A DNA stretch of 63,925 nucleotides, filler included, from an uncultured bacterium (GTDB lineage Bacteria > Hinthialibacterota > Hinthialibacteria > Hinthialibacterales > Hinthialibacteraceae): the NCBI GenBank assembly GCA_964449065.1. It is 4 parts of 4 records of this genome, joined end to end, with 100 filler letters (N's around TTAATTAATTAA, not from the genome) between each part and the next. Parts side by side here need not be neighbours in the genome. Positions count along the whole stretch, not along the records: positions 50,749 to 63,925 come from CAYVAZ010000134.1; 3 more parts are not named here. One strand, 5' to 3'. Both the position numbers and the translations under genes were made by a program. Shown in pieces: positions 60,304-63,925 of the stretch; the stretch's first letter is position 1; each line of letters begins with the position of its first letter. The notes under the pieces were generated by a model that was not told the origin of the DNA, did no database searches, and was given only the letters and a program-made list of their open reading frames with translations.

Positions 60304-60882
60304 TTATGGTCCGAATTTGTAGAGATCGCCCCGGCTGATCAGGCCGTTGCTGGGATCGTACGGTAGCGCTCCCCATGGGATGGAGCCGCCGATGTCCCAA
60401 TCCTGCGTGGTTTGATCGGCACCGAAGCCGATAATGATCCAGTTGGGGTTCCGCTGGCCCGTGCCGTAATGATGGGCACGCAACTGGTTAAATACCGGCC
60501 GGGGCCATTCGCTGGCGGTATCGTTGTGATAGATATATTCCCGTGGAGACAAATGTCCTTCCACGCCGTATTTATTGAATGGATCGATGGGAATGGTTGC
60601 CATATAAGCGACCGGTTCGGTCAGTTCCTCCAGCCGAGTCAACGATTGCAGGTTTGCCGCGGTGGATGAGTTGGGATAATCGCCGTTATCCAGTTTGTAC
60701 ATTTCCATCGCCGTGGCCAACGCTTTCAAGTCGGCTTCCACCCGCGCAATTTTCGCTTTCGTCTGCGCCAGCAAAAAGTTGGGCACCGCAATCGCGGCTA
60801 AAATTCCGATGATTGCGACTACGATAAGCAACTCAATCAGTGTAAAACCGCCAAGGGTCAATGAACCAAGTTTCAATTTCAT
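60304..60882 (-). CDS. Prepilin-type N-terminal cleavage/methylation protein (pseudopilin-like)
   Basis: GFTLIELLIVVAIIGILAAIAVPNF; C-terminal YDPSNGLISRGD. Confidence 0.9.
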   Translation of the reverse strand: MKLKLGSLTLGGFTLIELLIVVAIIGILAAIAVPNFLLAQTKAKIARVEADLKALATAMEMYKLDNGDYPNSSTAANLQSLTRLEELTEPVAYMATIPIDPFNKYGVEGHLSPREYIYHNDTASEWPRPVFNQLRAHHYGTGQRNPNWIIIGFGADQTTQDWDIGGSIPWGALPYDPSNGLISRGDLYKFGP

Positions 60883-61114
60883 CAGTGTATTTTTTCGTTG
60901 TGTGTGATAATCACTTTCTTCTATTTCCGGAATCATACCATTTGCCATTCGGTTTGTTTAGTTAGCACGGCTGTAAGACTCAGCAATAAAAGACTTAGCA
61001 CCTTTCTAGCCCGATAATATTAAATAACGTTGTTTTTTTACCCAAGAGAAGGCATTTTGACAATCGTAAACAAAAGATTTCCAAAACGGTCGTTGGTGAA
61101 GTGCAACCATCAAT

Positions 61115-63925
61115 TCACCCTTTTGAATGAAACAACACGTATACAGCAGGGATAAACACCAAAGCCAATAGACTCGCTCCGGCGATGCCGCCTACAAGCA
61201 CAATTGCCAGTGACGGCCAAAAATCGCCGCCAACGAAAATCAACAGGGGAAGAAATCCGCCGATTGTTGTCAGTGTCGTGGAAAGAATGTGTCGGGTACA
61301 GCCCATGATTTGTTTCACGACCGCATCCAATTGCCCCGCCCGCGCTTCATCGTCCGCACGGATGGACGCGATCACCACAATGCTGTCATTCAGCGCGATT
61401 CCGATCAATCCCAACGTCCCTAAAATGGTGTTGAAACTAATGGGGAACTGCATCAGCCAGGTAGAAAACAATCCAAGCCCAATCGAAAGCGCGCCGATAC
61501 TCGACAGCAGAATCGCCAAAAACACGCTGCGAAACGAGAGGATCAACACCGAAACCGTCAACGTGACCAATACTGGCACATAAATGAGCAAATTGGATGT
61601 CGCCTCGGAATCCTGCTCGGCCGCGCCGCCCAAACCGATATGGTATTCGGAAGGGATATCGAATTCGTCTTGCACTTCTTCCAGCACATTTTTGGAAATG
61701 GTGATGGGTAGGGCGGAAGCCTGCGTGTAGGCTTTAATGATGTTGCAGCGTTCTCCATTATAGCGTGTCAATCCGCCCAGTTCGGGCAAATATTCCAGCC
61801 CGGCAACCGCCGAAAGTGGAATCCAACCGCGCGTGGATGGCGCCTGCAGATTCATTGCATGGATGGAATCCAACGAACTTCTGAATCCGTCAGAAAATCT
61901 CACGCGAACCGGCATTTGCTGCAAGTTTTCCAAAATAAAACCGCCAACCGCGCCTTCGGTGTTTTGCGCCATCTGGCGGGAAACATCTTGCAGCGTGAGG
62001 CCTGTCAGTTTCAGTTCATCTTCATCGGGCTGCACCCACAGTTTCGGCACTCCCCGTTCTACCGTGGTTTGTGTATGCAAAACATCCGGATGCGATTGCA
62101 GTTTGAGGCGGATACGTTCGCCATAATCCTGCAACTGCTCGATATTGGGGCCAAAGATGCGGTATTCTATATCCGCCACCACCGGTGGGCCTTGCCCGAA
62201 CTCGCGAATCACGATTTGTGAATCGGGAAAGCGTTCATCCAACGTTTTCTGCATGGGGGACACAATTGAATTGGTCACTTCACTCGACCGGGTTTTGATA
62301 ATGGCCTGCGCGTAATGAGACGAACCGTCTTGGTCCATAATCAGATTATAAAACACAGTGGGGAAGCTGCCGCCCACCAGCCAATATACCCGTTCGATGC
62401 CATCCATATCCAAAATCGCTTGCTCAATCTCTTTTGTATGCCGGTGGGTTTCTTCGACGGCCGTGCCTTTCGGCAGCCACAGTTGCAACTCAAACATATC
62501 CCGGTCCACCGGGGGGAAAAACTCATCCCCCAGCGTCCGCGCCACTAAAAAACCTGTAACGGGCAAGAAACACGCGGTCACAATCGCCGCCAACGGCATG
62601 GATACCAACCCACGTAACGTGCGGTGGTATAATCCGGCAAGAGGTTCGCTGTACAATCCATCCCGCCACCACCGCCGCCTGTTTTTGCTGGATTCCGCCG
62701 ACCCAAACCGGCCGGCCAACGCGGCGATGACCGTCATGGATAGCAGAAACGAGAAGACAATCGAAAATACCACGCTCTGCCCGATGGAACCGACAAAGTC
62801 GCCCGCACTGCCCGGCAGCAGCATAATTGGCGCAAAAGCCAATACAGTGGTGAGGGTGGATGCCAGCAGCGGGACAAACAAAAGCGAGACCGATTCATGC
62901 ACCGCCTCTAGCCGGCTTTTGCCTTCCATCAGTTTTTGCGAGATTTCATCGGCCATTACAATCGCGTTATCGATCAGCAGGCCCAAGGCGATGATCATCC
63001 CAAAGATGGACATTTGATGCAACGCGTTGCCGATAGATAGAAGGGTAAACAGCACCAAACACACCACCAGCGGCAATGCCGAACCGACAATTAACGCGAA
63101 CCGCCAGCCCATCATCAAAAAGATAACGGTGACGACCACTACAGCACCCGCCAGCAAGTTCGATCCAAGTTCCTGCAAGCGTTCATTGGTGTATCGGGCT
63201 TGATCAAAGATGATTTCCGTTTTGATTCCAGCACCGGCTTGGGTGGAAAACTCTTCAACGATCCGTTTGGCTTCCGCCGACCATTGCCCGACTTGCTTGC
63301 CCATCCCCATACGGGCGGCTATAAATACTGTATGCTGCTGATCCACCAAGCCGATTTCGATTGGCGGCGTCTTCCACGCCCGCTCAATCCTAGCGATATC
63401 TCCCAACCGTAAAACCGATTGCCGGGCATCCTGCCGCAAGGGAATCTCTTGAATACGCTGTAAGGTTTCAAACTCACCGTGCAGTTCCATCAACACGCTT
63501 TTTTGTTTGCCACGCAGAATACCCGCCGATTCTTTCGCATCCGCAGCCTGTAAAAACCCGGCAATATCTTGGGAACGTAACCCGCTGGCGGCCAGTTCAT
63601 TCCGGTTGACGATAACACGGATTTCTTCATCCGGTTCGCCATAAATCCGCACCAATTCCGTTCCATCCACATTGCGCAGGCGGTCGGCCAAATCTTCCGC
63701 CAAGCGGTTTTGGATATCCAAACGCGGCGGCTGGTCTTGATCCCATGTCAGTGAAACCAGCAGGGTAAACGCGACCGGTTCGCGTTTGTCATCCAAAAAG
63801 GGAGTGCGGGCGCCTTCGGGAAGCAGCGGTACTACATCCGCCAATTTATCGCGGATTTCCGAAAAGATTTCTTGATTGGTTTCCGCGGTGACTTCATCCT
63901 TGAGTTCAATCGATATGACCGAAAT
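61115..63925 (-). CDS. RND efflux transporter permease (AcrB/AcrD/AcrF family), 5' end outside the window
   Basis: ALGLLIDNAIV, STLTTVLAFAP, GIALNDSIV, LSTTLTTIGGFLP; frame open to the window end. Confidence 0.93.
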   Translation of the reverse strand: MSVISIELKDEVTAETNQEIFSEIRDKLADVVPLLPEGARTPFLDDKREPVAFTLLVSLTWDQDQPPRLDIQNRLAEDLADRLRNVDGTELVRIYGEPDEEIRVIVNRNELAASGLRSQDIAGFLQAADAKESAGILRGKQKSVLMELHGEFETLQRIQEIPLRQDARQSVLRLGDIARIERAWKTPPIEIGLVDQQHTVFIAARMGMGKQVGQWSAEAKRIVEEFSTQAGAGIKTEIIFDQARYTNERLQELGSNLLAGAVVVVTVIFLMMGWRFALIVGSALPLVVCLVLFTLLSIGNALHQMSIFGMIIALGLLIDNAIVMADEISQKLMEGKSRLEAVHESVSLLFVPLLASTLTTVLAFAPIMLLPGSAGDFVGSIGQSVVFSIVFSFLLSMTVIAALAGRFGSAESSKNRRRWWRDGLYSEPLAGLYHRTLRGLVSMPLAAIVTACFLPVTGFLVARTLGDEFFPPVDRDMFELQLWLPKGTAVEETHRHTKEIEQAILDMDGIERVYWLVGGSFPTVFYNLIMDQDGSSHYAQAIIKTRSSEVTNSIVSPMQKTLDERFPDSQIVIREFGQGPPVVADIEYRIFGPNIEQLQDYGERIRLKLQSHPDVLHTQTTVERGVPKLWVQPDEDELKLTGLTLQDVSRQMAQNTEGAVGGFILENLQQMPVRVRFSDGFRSSLDSIHAMNLQAPSTRGWIPLSAVAGLEYLPELGGLTRYNGERCNIIKAYTQASALPITISKNVLEEVQDEFDIPSEYHIGLGGAAEQDSEATSNLLIYVPVLVTLTVSVLILSFRSVFLAILLSSIGALSIGLGLFSTWLMQFPISFNTILGTLGLIGIALNDSIVVIASIRADDEARAGQLDAVVKQIMGCTRHILSTTLTTIGGFLPLLIFVGGDFWPSLAIVLVGGIAGASLLALVFIPAVYVLFHSKG

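Overview
Bacterial (diderm) draft or metagenome-assembled sequence. It is made of four unrelated contigs joined by artificial 100-nt N+TTAATTAATTAA+N linkers (16841-16940, 33762-33861, 50649-50748), plus one plain 100-N gap (36387-36486), so gene adjacency across the linkers is not biological. Segment 1 carries lpxH-like, an Lrp/AsnC regulator with an aminotransferase, an AT-rich ABC-ATPase + TOPRIM-like pair (candidate defence), an HD-GYP response regulator, dapA, a TPR protein, a bactofilin-CBM48 fusion, vanZ-like, lipB, dnaE and a GT-C glycosyltransferase. Segment 2 carries a truncated membrane multiheme cytochrome, ogt, a PP2C response regulator, macrodomain and BON proteins, a VapBC-like pair, a cold-shock protein, cytochrome c/sulfatase/DgoD-like genes, a TroABCD-like metal ABC transporter whose two permeases both carry DtxR-like domains, a co-regulated outer-membrane channel and a fasciclin protein. 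Segment 3 carries a hybrid PAS kinase, an SLC13 permease, a pyruvyltransferase, a nested MITE/REP cluster, two Rpn-family genes with internal SD+ATG starts, sixA-recF-HAD, a sialidase-like protein and a Gfo/Idh/MocA oxidoreductase. Segment 4 carries an OTR/MmcA-like multiheme cytochrome and a split-Soret cytochrome directly upstream of an arsenic cluster (thioredoxin, DGC, ArsF/ArsG-like, arsR, arsC, acr3), then a methyltransferase, glycerol-1-phosphate dehydrogenase, a pilin-like gene and an RND pump. The most interesting observations are: a shared C-terminal (S/P)xVxSWxx(F/Y) tail on unrelated exported proteins (candidate sorting signal), the cytochrome-ars module, the bactofilin-CBM48 fusion, modular ~100-bp MITEs with TWA target duplications carrying interchangeable REP cores, and intragenic Rpn antitoxin starts. 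No rRNA, tRNA or CRISPR array was recognised. All calls were made by eye, without database searches.
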